From Desulfomonile tiedjei (lineage in GTDB: Bacteria > Desulfobacterota > Desulfomonilia > Desulfomonilales > Desulfomonilaceae): a DNA stretch of 64,000 bases. A program made the position numbers and the translations under genes. The notes under the pieces are model-generated. The model saw only the letters and a program-made list of their open reading frames with translations. It was not told the DNA's origin and did not search any database. This document shows positions 46,611 to 56,993 of the stretch, piece by piece (the stretch's first letter is position 1; each line of letters opens with the position of its first letter). The stretch lies in assembly GCA_016212925.1 (NCBI GenBank), contig JACRDF010000043.1, forward strand, positions 13,726-77,725, given 5' to 3'.

Positions 46611-47543
46611 ATGCGTGTGATTCGGTTGTGCATCATCGCACTGTTTGTAGCGGGACTGGCTTCGGTCCCGTTCTGGGGGTCGGAATATATGATGGCCCTT
46701 GCGATGATGTTTCTCATATACGTCGCTTTCAGCCAGATGTGGAACCTTCTCGCGGGTTATTCCGGGTTGATGTCCCTGGGCCAGCAGAGCTTCATCGGCC
46801 TGGGAGGATACACGCTTGCCGCGTTGTCGGTCAATCATGATGCGCCACTCTGGGCAGGCGTCCTTATGGGTGGCGCGGCTTCGTTGCTGTTCGCTCTGGT
46901 CATATCTGTTCCATTGTTTCGGACAAGAGGCGTTTATTTCGCGGTGGGCACCTGGATAGTCGCGGAAGCGCTCGGAATCTGTTTCAGCAACTGGTCGTAC
47001 GTGCGCTACGGGATGGGGCTGTTTGTACAGCCGGCTTACAAGGTACCGCTCTATCAGATCTATTATGCTGCTCTGTTGGTAGGCCTGGGATCGGTCCTTC
47101 TCGTTTATTCTATCCTGAGATCGAAGCTGGGGCTGGGCTTGATGGCAATGCGTGATGACGAGGAGGCCGCCCAAACCGCTGGCGTAGAAGTGTTCCGATG
47201 CAAGCTGTACTGCTTTTTGATCGCCGCGCTTGTTACGGGTCTTGCTGCCGGGGTGTTGTATGTGCACCAGATATTCATCCAGCCGTACAAGGCTTTCAGC
47301 ATTGATTGGACTGTCAGGCTGTTGATAATAGTCATAATCGGAGGAATCGGCACCATTGAGGGGCCAATTATCGGCGCGCTGATCTTTGTGATTCTACAGC
47401 AGCTATTCTCGGAATGGTTCAACGTGGGAATGCTCCTTTTGGGTGTAGTGTGTGTGGCTGTTATGCTCGTTGCCCCGCGAGGCATAGCAGGGGCCATGAT
47501 CGACCGGTTCCGATTTGAGATTTTTCCGCTCCGGAGAGAGTAG
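46611..47543 (+). CDS. Branched-chain amino acid ABC transporter permease (LivM-like)
   Basis: LMSLGQQSFIGLGGYTLA...GVYFAVGTW...IIGGIGTIEGPIIGALIF are LivM-type motifs. Start at MRVIRL, 5 nt after the upstream stop. Confidence 0.8.
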   Translation: MRVIRLCIIALFVAGLASVPFWGSEYMMALAMMFLIYVAFSQMWNLLAGYSGLMSLGQQSFIGLGGYTLAALSVNHDAPLWAGVLMGGAASLLFALVISVPLFRTRGVYFAVGTWIVAEALGICFSNWSYVRYGMGLFVQPAYKVPLYQIYYAALLVGLGSVLLVYSILRSKLGLGLMAMRDDEEAAQTAGVEVFRCKLYCFLIAALVTGLAAGVLYVHQIFIQPYKAFSIDWTVRLLIIVIIGGIGTIEGPIIGALIFVILQQLFSEWFNVGMLLLGVVCVAVMLVAPRGIAGAMIDRFRFEIFPLRRE

Positions 47544-47609
47544 CCGAAGACGAGCGCAGGTAGGGCCGGCGTCTCGCCGGCCGCCGAGGGACCGGCGGAC
47601 TGCCGGTCC

Positions 47610-47690
47610 TACAATTGCGAGGAGTGAAACGACGAAGCAATCTCTGCCTTCAACCGCTGAGATTGCTTCGCTACGCTCGCAATGACAATC
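47610..47690. repeat. Repeat family E, copy 2 (caattgcgaggagtgaaacgacgaagcaatctc ... gagattgcttcgctacgctcgcaatgac)
   Basis: An ~80 bp hairpin-forming element with inverted termini, related to 5140-5275 and 55622-55760. Confidence 0.45.
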
Positions 47691-47828
47691 TTTCCGACCC
47701 GTGAGTGAATGGATACCCTCGCGCCAAAAGATGGCTGGACATGAGGCGCTTCTCTTGCTATGAGATAGGCCTCAAAATAGGGGCCGCAGATTGTTTTAGC
47801 GCTCCCGATCTCGCAGCGAGGCTGCATC

Positions 47829-48350
47829 ATGACTCAAATGCCTTTCATTAAAGGTATAAAGCATGCCTTTATTCGAGGCCTCCCGCTTCTGTTAATGCTG
47901 TCGCTCTTGTCATCAGCCGGTCCGGTGTTCGCTTTATGGCTTCCCTGGGCCACTGAGGAATCCAAAGTGGCGAAGGTTGTCGCGGATGTCTGTCAAGCTA
48001 CGGTTAACAACGATCAGCGATTCCTGGCGGAAAACGTTGTGGGCAATGGGGCGAAGGCATTCATAGACCAAGAAATCGCGGCCGTCCAAAGCCTCGGGGT
48101 GAAGAAGTACCACTGCCGAATCCAGCGGGTGACGATCCTGCCGCCGGACAATAACTGGGCAATTGTTGAATTCGACAAGGTGGCTACTCTTGGCAGCGGA
48201 GAAGAATTCGCCAATAAGGCGTTCTCCATCCTGGGGAAAGCCGACGGCGCATGGAAGATCACGATAGGTGTGGGAGACAAAATGAAGGCGGGGCAGGACA
48301 TGCTCAACCTTATCCGGCAAGGGGCAGGAGTTCCCGGCCAGCGTAAATAG
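47829..48350 (+). CDS. Secreted hypothetical protein
   Basis: Signal peptide (LPLLLMLSLLSSAGPVFALWLPWA). I recognise no motif. Confidence 0.4.
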   Translation: MTQMPFIKGIKHAFIRGLPLLLMLSLLSSAGPVFALWLPWATEESKVAKVVADVCQATVNNDQRFLAENVVGNGAKAFIDQEIAAVQSLGVKKYHCRIQRVTILPPDNNWAIVEFDKVATLGSGEEFANKAFSILGKADGAWKITIGVGDKMKAGQDMLNLIRQGAGVPGQRK

Positions 48351-48466
48351 TGGGCGGTTTCCCCGTGCAGGTTATGCGGATTCGCAGTCAGGCGCGGTCG
48401 GTTTAATTTTTTGAAAGTCCATCAGTATTGCCAATCTGAAATCACCTTTGTATCAGGACGGCACAC

Positions 48467-48814
48467 ATGAGCGATTCTTATTCGGAGTGCATTTTTTGCG
48501 ACATAATTCAGGGCAAGAAGCCCTCGAAGCAAGTTTACGAGGACGAACTGGTTGTAGCATTCTGGGATGCAAATCCTGCCGCGGCGCTGCACATTCTCAT
48601 TGTGCCCCGCGAGCACATACCTACGTTGAACGACATACCGCCGGACAATAAAATCCTTGCGCATTTGGGGCAGGTGGCAAGCCGCATCGCGGCAGATTTC
48701 GGGGTGGCTGAACCGGGCTACAGATTTGTCATTAATGTCAACCCGGGAGGCGGCCAGATGGTCTTTCACCTGCACGCGCATTTAGTGTCGAGGACTTGGC
48801 GGGAGCCGGGTTGA
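48467..48814 (+). CDS. HIT-family (histidine triad) nucleotide hydrolase, paralog 1
   Basis: CIFCDII...VVAFWDANPAAALHILIVPREHIPTLNDI...GYRFVINVNPGGGQMVFHLHAHLV (the HxHxHxx motif). Confidence 0.8.
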   Translation: MSDSYSECIFCDIIQGKKPSKQVYEDELVVAFWDANPAAALHILIVPREHIPTLNDIPPDNKILAHLGQVASRIAADFGVAEPGYRFVINVNPGGGQMVFHLHAHLVSRTWREPG

Positions 48815-48817
48815 TCC

Positions 48818-49246
48818 ATGCAAGATTGCATTTTCTGTAAGATAATTAACGGAGAGCTTCCTGCTCGGAAGATCTACGAGGATGACACAACGGTGGCTTT
48901 TTGGGATGCGCGTCCAGCGTCCCCGATTCACGTGTTGATCGTTCCTCGCAAGCATGTCCCCACGCTGAACGATATCCCCCGCGGGGACCCCCTTGTGGCC
49001 CACATGAGCGATGTGGCGAAGAAGCTTGCCGTGGACCTGGGTGTCGCACAATCAGGGTACCGTTTCTTCATCAATGTAAATCGTGGCGGCGGTCAGGTGA
49101 TATTTCATTTGCACGCGCACCTTGTTGCGGGCAACGATTTCGGTACGCTATTCATTAAGATGGGCATAGCAATCGCAATGTTGTGGCGCAAAATCGTCGG
49201 GCTTGTTCGCCGCGATCACAACCGCTATAACTCCCTTGAGGCATGA
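48818..49246 (+). CDS. HIT-family protein, paralog 2, with a hydrophobic C-terminal tail
   Basis: CIFCKIINGELPARKIYEDDTTVAFWDARPASPIHVLIVPRKHVPTLNDI...HLHAHLVAGN. About 55% identity to the upstream paralog, with about 30 extra C-terminal residues. Confidence 0.8.
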   Translation: MQDCIFCKIINGELPARKIYEDDTTVAFWDARPASPIHVLIVPRKHVPTLNDIPRGDPLVAHMSDVAKKLAVDLGVAQSGYRFFINVNRGGGQVIFHLHAHLVAGNDFGTLFIKMGIAIAMLWRKIVGLVRRDHNRYNSLEA

Positions 49247-49354
49247 TCCCTTGAGGGGTGCACGAGAACCCAAGCTAGAATGTCACGCGGCTGGGGAATG
49301 TCCCGTGTTTGGTTGTGGAACCCGCCCCCGAAGAACAATGTGAGGGCTAGGCGA

Positions 49355-49693
49355 ATGGACACCGCAGATCACGAAGAGATCACTGCAAATATGGTGCGGG
49401 AGATCGTCAAGGCGGTAAATCCCGAGAAGATAGTACTCTTCGGGTCCCGGGCCAGGGGGGATTTTCACGAAGGGTCGGACATTGACCTTCTAATAGTTGA
49501 ATCAGAGCCCTTTGGAGAGAAGCGAAGCCGGCGGAAAGAAATGGCCCGACTCTGGAAAATCCTGGCCGGGTTTCCAATATCCAAAGATCTCCTGGTCTAT
49601 AGCCGAGATGAAGTGGAGTACTGGCGCGATTCCTTGAATAACGTTGTGGCCAAGGCGTTGAGAGAGGGCAAGGTCCTCTATGAGCGACCCTAA
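49355..49693 (+). CDS. Minimal nucleotidyltransferase (MNT, MntA-like antitoxin) of a HEPN/MNT module
   Basis: IVLFGSRARGDFHEGSDIDLLIV is the GSx9-13DxD pol-beta NTase motif. It overlaps the HEPN gene by 14 nt. Confidence 0.75.
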   Translation: MDTADHEEITANMVREIVKAVNPEKIVLFGSRARGDFHEGSDIDLLIVESEPFGEKRSRRKEMARLWKILAGFPISKDLLVYSRDEVEYWRDSLNNVVAKALREGKVLYERP

Positions 49694-50081
49694 GCAAGCA
49701 AGCCTGATGCTCAGTATGGCACAAAAGGATCTCAAGGCCTTAAAGGGGATGATGGACCCAAACGTTTTCGAGGAGGAGATCTTCGGGTTCCATATTCAGC
49801 AGGCAATTGAGAAGGCGTTGAAAGCCTGGCTTGCACTCCTCGGTGTAGAGTACCCATTAACCCATGACTTGAGCGTCCTGCTGAACGCTCTGCAGGATCT
49901 TGGAGCCGATGTGTCGGGTCTGTGGGACCTGGTCGAGTACAACACTTTTGCCGTACGGTTCCGTTATGAATTTGTGGGAGACTGGGATCAGCCTCTGGAC
50001 AGAGACTCCACGGTTCTGAGAGTGGAAGCCCTTGTGAACCAGGTGGAAGGCCACCTCCAGAGCCTACAAATTACCGGTTAG
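49680..50081 (+). CDS. HEPN-domain protein (HepT-like toxin partner)
   Basis: All-alpha HEPN fold. AIEKALKAWLALLGVEYPLTHDLSVLLNAL matches the HEPN Rx4-6H-like region. Paired with the MNT gene. Confidence 0.7.
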   Translation: MSDPKQASLMLSMAQKDLKALKGMMDPNVFEEEIFGFHIQQAIEKALKAWLALLGVEYPLTHDLSVLLNALQDLGADVSGLWDLVEYNTFAVRFRYEFVGDWDQPLDRDSTVLRVEALVNQVEGHLQSLQITG

Positions 50082-50122
50082 TGCCTGCTCGGTCACCGGT
50101 TGTCCAACTCCATCAAACTAAA

Positions 50123-51574
50123 TCAGCCATCGCCCCCCGTAGGAAGTTTCCGTCCCTCCTTAACCGGGTCTCGGCCAAGGCATGCTTCCCAGAGCATGGT
50201 CTTGTTCTTCTCGTCTATGGAGGCCTTTGTCCAGGCCTCCCCGCGAAACCTTTGAATAAGCATGCCGCACATTAGAATGATGGAGATGGTCATGGCCCAC
50301 CACACGCCTACGGCATCCGTTCGCAAAACGTGAATCACAGCCAATATGAATGGTATTCGAAGAAGCCACATCCCTATGAAAATGATCCTCATGGTGGCGT
50401 ATGTGTCCCCTGCGCCCTGCAATGCTCCTGAGAGCGTGACCCCGATGGCCATGAAAGGCATACCGATCATGTTTATTCTGAGATAGCGTGTCATTTCTTC
50501 GAGCACTGCCGGATCGCCGGTCAACAGAGTGGATAGCCACGGAGCAAATATGAAGATCGCCAGGGTAGGTATGAATATGATGGCGAAGCACAATGCTGCG
50601 GTGGCTTTGGCTCCGGATCGGGCCCCTGCGACGTCCCCCGCGCCAATCCGATTGCCGGTCAAGACCGCGGCTGCCATGTTCAGCGCGAATATGGGCAGAA
50701 AGATTATCGCTTCTATCCTGACCCCCGCTGTCATCGCGGCCAGCGCGATGATCTGTCCACCCTCCATCCGGCCCACCAGAAAGTAGATAACGAGGGTCCC
50801 CGCGTTCCACGCGGTTTGCTGAAGCGCGGGTGGAACGCCGAGTTTGGCGAGATTCCTCAAGCAGGGGAACCGCGGACTCATCAGGGCCCTCAAGGTTACA
50901 TGGCCCGGCCCCCAGAAAATGTGGATCAGGTTAAGGGCCATGCCGAGGGTCGTAGCGATAGCAGTGGCCCATGCAATGCCCAAGTAACCCAGGGAAGGAA
51001 AAGGTCCCAAACCCAGCCCGAGACCCAAGGATGCAATGACGTTGACCGCGGATGCGATAAAATTGTTGATCAAGGTGATACGGATGCGGCCTGATGCTCG
51101 CAGGACTCCGCCGGTTATGATCATCATGTAAGTCGGGATAAGAACCAGGGCAAAAATCCTGACAAAAGCCTCTCCGATGGCCTGAATGCCTTCCGGCATT
51201 CCTGCGAGCCGCACCAGTTGGGACGGCCACATCAAAGCAATAAACGTCATCCCCCCTGAGATCGCCAGTCCCATGACCACCGCGTTGGCAGTGATGTTCC
51301 TGACCCCACGGTTCGATTTTGCACCGTAGGCCTGGGAGACCATAGATACTGTTCCGACGGTGATAGCGTTGGCCAGAATCACTAGGGTCCAGTAGAGCTG
51401 CGCCACGTACCCGACCGCGGCCAGAACGTCGGTCCCCAGCTTACCCGCTACATAGACATCGGTAAGGCCAATGGAGAACTGAAAGAACATTATCAGGATC
51501 ATGGGCCAGCCAAGTGCCCACGAATCTTTGAGGAAGGCTCTGATTTCAGTCACTCTGGATTGAAAAGGCATCAT
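50123..51574 (-). CDS. MATE-family multidrug/oligosaccharide efflux transporter
   Basis: Twelve TM helices. MATE signatures: GLTDVYVAGKLGTDVLAAVG, internal duplication, ALQGAGDT. Confidence 0.8.
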   Translation of the reverse strand: MMPFQSRVTEIRAFLKDSWALGWPMILIMFFQFSIGLTDVYVAGKLGTDVLAAVGYVAQLYWTLVILANAITVGTVSMVSQAYGAKSNRGVRNITANAVVMGLAISGGMTFIALMWPSQLVRLAGMPEGIQAIGEAFVRIFALVLIPTYMMIITGGVLRASGRIRITLINNFIASAVNVIASLGLGLGLGPFPSLGYLGIAWATAIATTLGMALNLIHIFWGPGHVTLRALMSPRFPCLRNLAKLGVPPALQQTAWNAGTLVIYFLVGRMEGGQIIALAAMTAGVRIEAIIFLPIFALNMAAAVLTGNRIGAGDVAGARSGAKATAALCFAIIFIPTLAIFIFAPWLSTLLTGDPAVLEEMTRYLRINMIGMPFMAIGVTLSGALQGAGDTYATMRIIFIGMWLLRIPFILAVIHVLRTDAVGVWWAMTISIILMCGMLIQRFRGEAWTKASIDEKNKTMLWEACLGRDPVKEGRKLPTGGDG

Positions 51575-51783
51575 GTCTTTCTATCAAGCCGCGACTCCAG
51601 GGTCAATTGCATGCTCGAATTTTGGTTCTGACTCGAGCTTCGGGGAAAAATGGTGTTCCCCTTGAAATTTTCACACGGCGACCCTATAGTCTCGGGTGAC
51701 TTGGATCTTCGGGATTGCTTGAAGCCAAGGGTCTTCTTGCCGGAATCCCTGAGCCACAAATTATTCTCAGAAAAGCCATAAAA

Positions 51784-54700
51784 ATGCCGAAACGAACAGA
51801 CATCAAGTCCATTCTCCTCATAGGGTCAGGGCCTATTATTATCGGCCAGGCCTGTGAATTCGACTATTCCGGAACTCAGGCTATCAAGGCTCTGAAAGAG
51901 GAAGGTTACCGGGTGATACTGGTCAACTCCAATCCGGCTACCATCATGACAGATCCGGAGTTTGCCGACGCAACATATATTGAGCCTCTAAAACTGGACT
52001 TTCTTAGCACCATCATCGAGAAGGAACGACCGGACGCGCTGCTTCCCACTTTGGGTGGTCAGACGGCCTTGAATAGGGCTGTGGAACTGCACGAAGCAGG
52101 CGTGCTGAAGCAATTCGGCGTCGAACTCATCGGAGCCGGCATAGATGCAATCAACAAGGCAGAAGACAGGGACCTGTTCAAGAAGGCCATGAGCAACATC
52201 GGCCTGGATCTGCCTCGCAGTGGACAAGCCGAATCGTTGGAGCAGGCATGGGCCATTGCTGAAGAAGTAGGTTTTCCTAACGTTATCAGACCTTCCTTTA
52301 CCCTCGGCGGAACCGGTGGGAATATTGCATTTTCACGGGACAAATTCGAGGAGCTGGCAAGGTGGGGCCTGGAGATCTCGCCGGTGGGGCGTATTCTGGT
52401 GGAAGAATCTGTCCTGGGATGGAAGGAATTCGAACTGGAAGTTATGCGCGACGGCGCGGACAACGTAGTTATCATATGCTCCATAGAGAATTTCGATCCC
52501 ATGGGGATCCACACCGGCGATTCCATTACCATAGCTCCGGCCCAGACGCTCACTGACAAGGAATACCAGATTCTGCGCGATCAGGCTGTTGCGATCATAA
52601 GAGAAATCGGCGTGGACACCGGCGGGTCCAACATCCAGTTCGCTGTGCATCCGGAAACCGGCCGCGTTGTGGTCATCGAAATGAACCCCCGGGTCAGCCG
52701 ATCCAGCGCGCTGGCCTCCAAGGCCACAGGCTTTCCCATAGCAAAGATCGCGGCCAAGCTAGCTGTTGGATATACCCTCGACGAGATCGCCAACGACATC
52801 ACACTAAAGACCCCGGCCTCATTTGAGCCCACAATCGACTATGTGGTAACCAAGATCCCGCGCTTCACATTCGAGAAGTTCCCCGGCGCGGACAATACTT
52901 TGACCACGCAGATGAAATCCGTCGGCGAGGCAATGGCCATCGGCCGCACGTTCAAAGAGTCGCTTCAGAAGGCTCTCAGGTCTCTCGAAATAGACGTTTA
53001 CGGGCTGGAGGAGCGTCTGGGAGCAGGACTCGCGCGCGATCAGGTCCTCGCACATGTTGCCAGGCCCACCCCCGACCGCCTTTTGCACATAGCCGACGCG
53101 ATCAGGGCCGGCATAAGCATTGATGAGATCTACGAAGCCAGTAAGGTGGACCAGTGGTTCCTCGGGCAGATTCAGCAGATCGTTGAATTGGAGAATGAAA
53201 TCTCGAATCCCGGATTTTTGCAAGGCGAGGACGCGAAAGACAATCTGAAGCGTGCAAAGTCCTACGGTTTTTCGGATATTCGTCTGGGCCGCTTGACAGG
53301 TAAATCTGAAGACGAAATCCGTGAAACAAGAAAACGCCTCGGCATAAACGCCGTGTTCAAGAGAGTTGATACCTGCGCCGCGGAATTCGAGGCCCACACG
53401 CCGTACCTCTATTCTTCGTACGAGGATGAAGACGAATCGGGAGTAACCGATAAGAAAAAAATAATCATACTCGGTGGCGGTCCCAACCGGATCGGCCAAG
53501 GGATTGAGTTCGACTACTGTTGCGTGCACGGCGCGTTCGCTCTCAAGGAAGACGGATACGAAACCATCATGGTCAACTGCAACCCGGAAACGGTCAGTAC
53601 GGACTATGACACATCGGACAGACTTTATTTTGAGCCCCTCACCCAGGAAGATGTCCTCGCAATAGTCGAGCGCGAAAGGCCGGATGGAGTGATCGTGCAA
53701 TTCGGCGGACAAACCCCGCTGAAATTGGCGGTTCCACTCTGGAATGCCGGCGTTCCCATAATCGGGACGTCGCCGGACGCTATCGATCGCGCGGAGGATC
53801 GGAAGCGATTCAAGGAGATGTTGATCGCTCTGGGCTTGAATCAGCCTCCCAATGACATAGCCCATTCGTACAGTGAAGTTATGGATGTGGCTCGCCGCAT
53901 CGGCTATCCGGTCGTGGTCCGGCCCTCTTACGTCCTCGGAGGCCGGGCGATGGAAATCGTCCACAACGAGGACGACCTGAAGCAATACCTCACAGTCGTG
54001 GTGCAGGCCTCTCCGGAGCATCCTATTCTTGTGGACGGCTATCTCACCGGTGCGGTGGAAATTGATGTGGACGCGATTGCTGACGGCGAAGACGTGGTGA
54101 TTGGCGGGATTATGGAACACATAGAAGAAGCGGGAATACATTCCGGCGACTCTTCATGCTCCTTGCCGCCGTACAGCCTCGGCCGATACCATCTGGACGA
54201 AATCCGCAGAATAACCAGACTGCTTGCAGTCGAGCTGAAGGTCAAAGGCCTGATGAACCTGCAGCTTGCCCTGAAGGATGGCGAAATCTACGTCCTTGAA
54301 GTCAACCCCAGGGCTTCCAGGACCATTCCGTTCGTGTCAAAGGCCATTGGAGTTCCTCTGGCGAAGTTGGGGGCCCGCGTCATGGCAGGGAGAAAACTCC
54401 GTGAACTCGGCTTCACTAAGGAAATTATCCCGAATCACGTGAGCGTCAAGGAGGCGGTCTTCCCGTTTATCAAGTTTCCGGGAGTGGACGTGCTGCTCGG
54501 ACCGGAAATGAAGTCCACCGGTGAGGTGATGGGAATCGACGAGGAATTCGGCCCTGCGTTCCTGAAAGCCCAGTACAGTACCGAGTTCCCCATTCCTAAG
54601 AACGGAAAAGTGTTCCTGAGCGTTGCGGGCCGCGATAAAGGCATGGCGCTTATTGTAGCGCGCAGGCTTCAGGAATGCGGTTTTTCGTTCGTGTGCACGG

Positions 54701-55008
54701 AAGGAACCGCTGCGTCTCTCCGTACCGGCGGCGTTCCATGCGCCCTGATCGGAAAGGTTCACGAGGACAGCGAAGTCGACGTTACTGATCTCATCCGTCA
54801 AAACGAAATCATGCTCGTTATTAATACGGCCGCGGACAAGAAGTCCTTCCATGACTCGTACCACATACGCTTAGCGGCTCTGCACCATAACGTCCCGTAC
54901 TTTACCACTGTTGCAGGCGCTAATGCCCTTTCCTTGGGTCTCCGGGCCATTGCCCGCGGAGGCGGCTTCAGGGTGATGTCCCTCCAGGAATACCACGGAA
55001 TGAAATAG
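51784..55008 (+). CDS. carB: Carbamoyl-phosphate synthase large subunit
   Basis: [33 protein letters not shown]. There is a duplicated ATP-grasp half ([26 protein letters not shown]) and a C-terminal MGS-like domain. The encoded protein is 1075 aa; the ORF-track start at 51715 is over-extended. Confidence 0.95.
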   Translation: MPKRTDIKSILLIGSGPIIIGQACEFDYSGTQAIKALKEEGYRVILVNSNPATIMTDPEFADATYIEPLKLDFLSTIIEKERPDALLPTLGGQTALNRAVELHEAGVLKQFGVELIGAGIDAINKAEDRDLFKKAMSNIGLDLPRSGQAESLEQAWAIAEEVGFPNVIRPSFTLGGTGGNIAFSRDKFEELARWGLEISPVGRILVEESVLGWKEFELEVMRDGADNVVIICSIENFDPMGIHTGDSITIAPAQTLTDKEYQILRDQAVAIIREIGVDTGGSNIQFAVHPETGRVVVIEMNPRVSRSSALASKATGFPIAKIAAKLAVGYTLDEIANDITLKTPASFEPTIDYVVTKIPRFTFEKFPGADNTLTTQMKSVGEAMAIGRTFKESLQKALRSLEIDVYGLEERLGAGLARDQVLAHVARPTPDRLLHIADAIRAGISIDEIYEASKVDQWFLGQIQQIVELENEISNPGFLQGEDAKDNLKRAKSYGFSDIRLGRLTGKSEDEIRETRKRLGINAVFKRVDTCAAEFEAHTPYLYSSYEDEDESGVTDKKKIIILGGGPNRIGQGIEFDYCCVHGAFALKEDGYETIMVNCNPETVSTDYDTSDRLYFEPLTQEDVLAIVERERPDGVIVQFGGQTPLKLAVPLWNAGVPIIGTSPDAIDRAEDRKRFKEMLIALGLNQPPNDIAHSYSEVMDVARRIGYPVVVRPSYVLGGRAMEIVHNEDDLKQYLTVVVQASPEHPILVDGYLTGAVEIDVDAIADGEDVVIGGIMEHIEEAGIHSGDSSCSLPPYSLGRYHLDEIRRITRLLAVELKVKGLMNLQLALKDGEIYVLEVNPRASRTIPFVSKAIGVPLAKLGARVMAGRKLRELGFTKEIIPNHVSVKEAVFPFIKFPGVDVLLGPEMKSTGEVMGIDEEFGPAFLKAQYSTEFPIPKNGKVFLSVAGRDKGMALIVARRLQECGFSFVCTEGTAASLRTGGVPCALIGKVHEDSEVDVTDLIRQNEIMLVINTAADKKSFHDSYHIRLAALHHNVPYFTTVAGANALSLGLRAIARGGGFRVMSLQEYHGMK

Positions 55009-55020
55009 GGCAGGGTTGCC

Positions 55021-55371
55021 ATGACCGCAAAAGTAGTCTTTCACATAGACTGGGATCAGGAAGACGGGTTGCTGATGGCGCTAAACAACATCAGAAATCT
55101 GCTCAAGGAAGTTCCCGAAGAGGACGCCTCGATATTCATCGTAGCAAACGGCAGTGCGGTGAACCTGTTCCTGAAAGACAGAGCCGTTCATTACGTCTCC
55201 ACCATAGAAGAATTGCACAAGGCCGGCGCCCGCTTTCTCATGTGCCGAAACTCAATTACCAACCTGGGCCTGACCATGGAAGACCTGATCAAACCCTGCG
55301 AGCGCGTCCCCGCAGGGATCGTGGAACTTATCAGACTCCAACAAGATGGTTATGCCTACGTGAAGCCTTGA
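55021..55371 (+). CDS. DsrE/DsrF/YchN-like family small protein
   Basis: 116 aa. KVVFHIDWDQEDGLLMALNNIRNLL...FIVANGSAVNLF...FLMCRNS has the DsrE-like fold pattern with a conserved Cys. Confidence 0.5.
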   Translation: MTAKVVFHIDWDQEDGLLMALNNIRNLLKEVPEEDASIFIVANGSAVNLFLKDRAVHYVSTIEELHKAGARFLMCRNSITNLGLTMEDLIKPCERVPAGIVELIRLQQDGYAYVKP

Positions 55372-55507
55372 TCCGACGTATAGTAGTTCTCGAAAGTTAA
55401 CTCGGATTAATTTAGGATGTCCCCCCACGCGGGACGGTCTCATTCGGGAAGAGCTTTTGGGAACAACTATAGTAGCCCCTTCTATCAAGCGATGCTTTTT
55501 GTATTGG

Positions 55508-55544
55508 GTGCCACTGACCTGGGAACCAGGTCAGTGCTGGGCAC
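55508..55544. repeat. Palindromic hairpin repeat gtgccactgacctgg-gaa-ccaggtcagtgctgggcac; relative of 39958-39989
   Basis: Read directly from the sequence. Confidence 0.4.
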
Positions 55545-55621
55545 GATGGAGATCCGAGTCACATTTTTAATGGCCAATCGGTATAATTTACGGTGGGGAC
55601 ACAATTTTGTCCTTGCGAGGA

Positions 55622-55760
55622 GTGAAATCCCGCGGAACGCGGGAAAGCAGTCCCCTGCTCGGTGGGACCGGCATCTAGCCGGTCATTCTAATAGACAGGC
55701 GAGACGCCTGTCCCACCATGGGGATTGCCTCGGCGATGTGCCCCGGCAATCACAATAGAT
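55622..55760. repeat. Repeat family E, copy 3 (cttgcgaggagtgaaatcc...gggaccggcatctagccggtcattctaatagacaggcgagacgcctgtcccacca...)
   Basis: It shares the gcgaggagtgaaa and acaggcgRgacgcctgtcccacca modules with 5140-5275. Confidence 0.4.
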
Positions 55761-55772
55761 CCCTCCCGTAGT

Positions 55773-56993
55773 CTACTTCTTTGATGGCGAACCGGTTTGT
55801 ATACACTCGACGGTCTGGATCGCGATCTCCAGCTCTTCGTTTGTCGGGACTACAAGCACTTTTACCCGGGACTCGTCTGACTGGATCTCCGATGCTTGCT
55901 TGTTTCCGGCCTGGTTGCGATGTTCATCCAGCGCGATTCCCAGCGAAGCCAGGCCTTCGCAGCAGCGCCTGCGGACTTCCGGAGAATTCTCTCCTATGCC
56001 GCCCGTGAACACCAGGGCGTCGAGGCGTCCCAGCGCAGCGAAATATGCTCCGATATATTTCCTGATTCGGTAGCAAAACATATCCAGCGCGAGCGATGCG
56101 CGCGGATCGCCCGATTCAGCCGCGCGAAGCACCTCGCGCATGTCGCTGATACCGCAAACCCCTCGCAACCCGCTCTGATTTTCAAATATCGAGCCGATCT
56201 CTTCACAAGTCTTTTCCGTTACCCGAGCAAGATAGCCCTGGATTGCCGGGTCCAGGTCCCCGCACCGGGTACCCATGACAAGACCCTCCAGAGGAGTCAT
56301 TCCCATGGAATGATCTATGCTTTTGCCCCCCCGGATCGCGGTGGCGCTGCTGCCGTTCCCCAGGTGCAAAGTAATCATGTTCAGCGTTTCCAACGGCTTG
56401 CCAAGGATCACTGCCGCCTGTTTGGCAACGTATCGGTGCGAAGTCCCGTGGAATCCGTACCTTCGCACATGGTGATCCGTATAGAAGGTGTAGGGCACAG
56501 CATAGTGATATGCGTGGGGTGGCATGGTCTGGTGATACGCGGTGTCAAACACCGCGACCTGAGCTACCTCGGGAAAATGGTCTCGAGCCCATTCCACGCC
56601 TGTCAAATTGGCCGGGTTGTGAAGCGGCGCAAGCGGAATCATGGATCTGATGGTGGCAATCACCGAATCGTCGATCAGAGTTGGCTCTCGGAAGGCTTCT
56701 CCGCCATGCACGACTCTGTGCCCGATTCCGGACAGATCTCCAAGATTCCATCCCTTGTTCGGATCGGAGAAGACCTCCATAATCACGCGAAAGCCCTCAT
56801 GATGATTGGCTGTTGGCTCGGTATGAATGTGTTCCGTGAAGCCCCCTCTGTTGTTCTTCTTGCGGTGCTTCAGGCGGCTTCCCGTCCCGCCGATTTCTTC
56901 CAGAATGCCTACAACGAGCGCTGACTGGTCATCCATATCGAAAAGCTGATACTTGATCGAAGAACTGCCCGAATTAATGACAAGTACTTTCAT
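55773..56993 (-). CDS. ackA: Acetate kinase
   Basis: MKVLVINSGSSSIKYQLFDM..., HRVVHGGE, LGNGSSA, VFTGGIGENS. Confidence 0.9.
   Translation of the reverse strand: MKVLVINSGSSSIKYQLFDMDDQSALVVGILEEIGGTGSRLKHRKKNNRGGFTEHIHTEPTANHHEGFRVIMEVFSDPNKGWNLGDLSGIGHRVVHGGEAFREPTLIDDSVIATIRSMIPLAPLHNPANLTGVEWARDHFPEVAQVAVFDTAYHQTMPPHAYHYAVPYTFYTDHHVRRYGFHGTSHRYVAKQAAVILGKPLETLNMITLHLGNGSSATAIRGGKSIDHSMGMTPLEGLVMGTRCGDLDPAIQGYLARVTEKTCEEIGSIFENQSGLRGVCGISDMREVLRAAESGDPRASLALDMFCYRIRKYIGAYFAALGRLDALVFTGGIGENSPEVRRRCCEGLASLGIALDEHRNQAGNKQASEIQSDESRVKVLVVPTNEELEIAIQTVECIQTGSPSKK

Noticed and set aside
52819-54141. 440 aa minus-strand ORF inside carB
   Set aside because: It lies entirely within, and antisense to, the highly conserved carB gene.
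55896-56924. 342 aa plus-strand ORF opposite ackA, and the ORFs 57587-58156 and 58442-59095 opposite pta
   Set aside because: They are antisense shadows of strongly supported ackA and pta genes.
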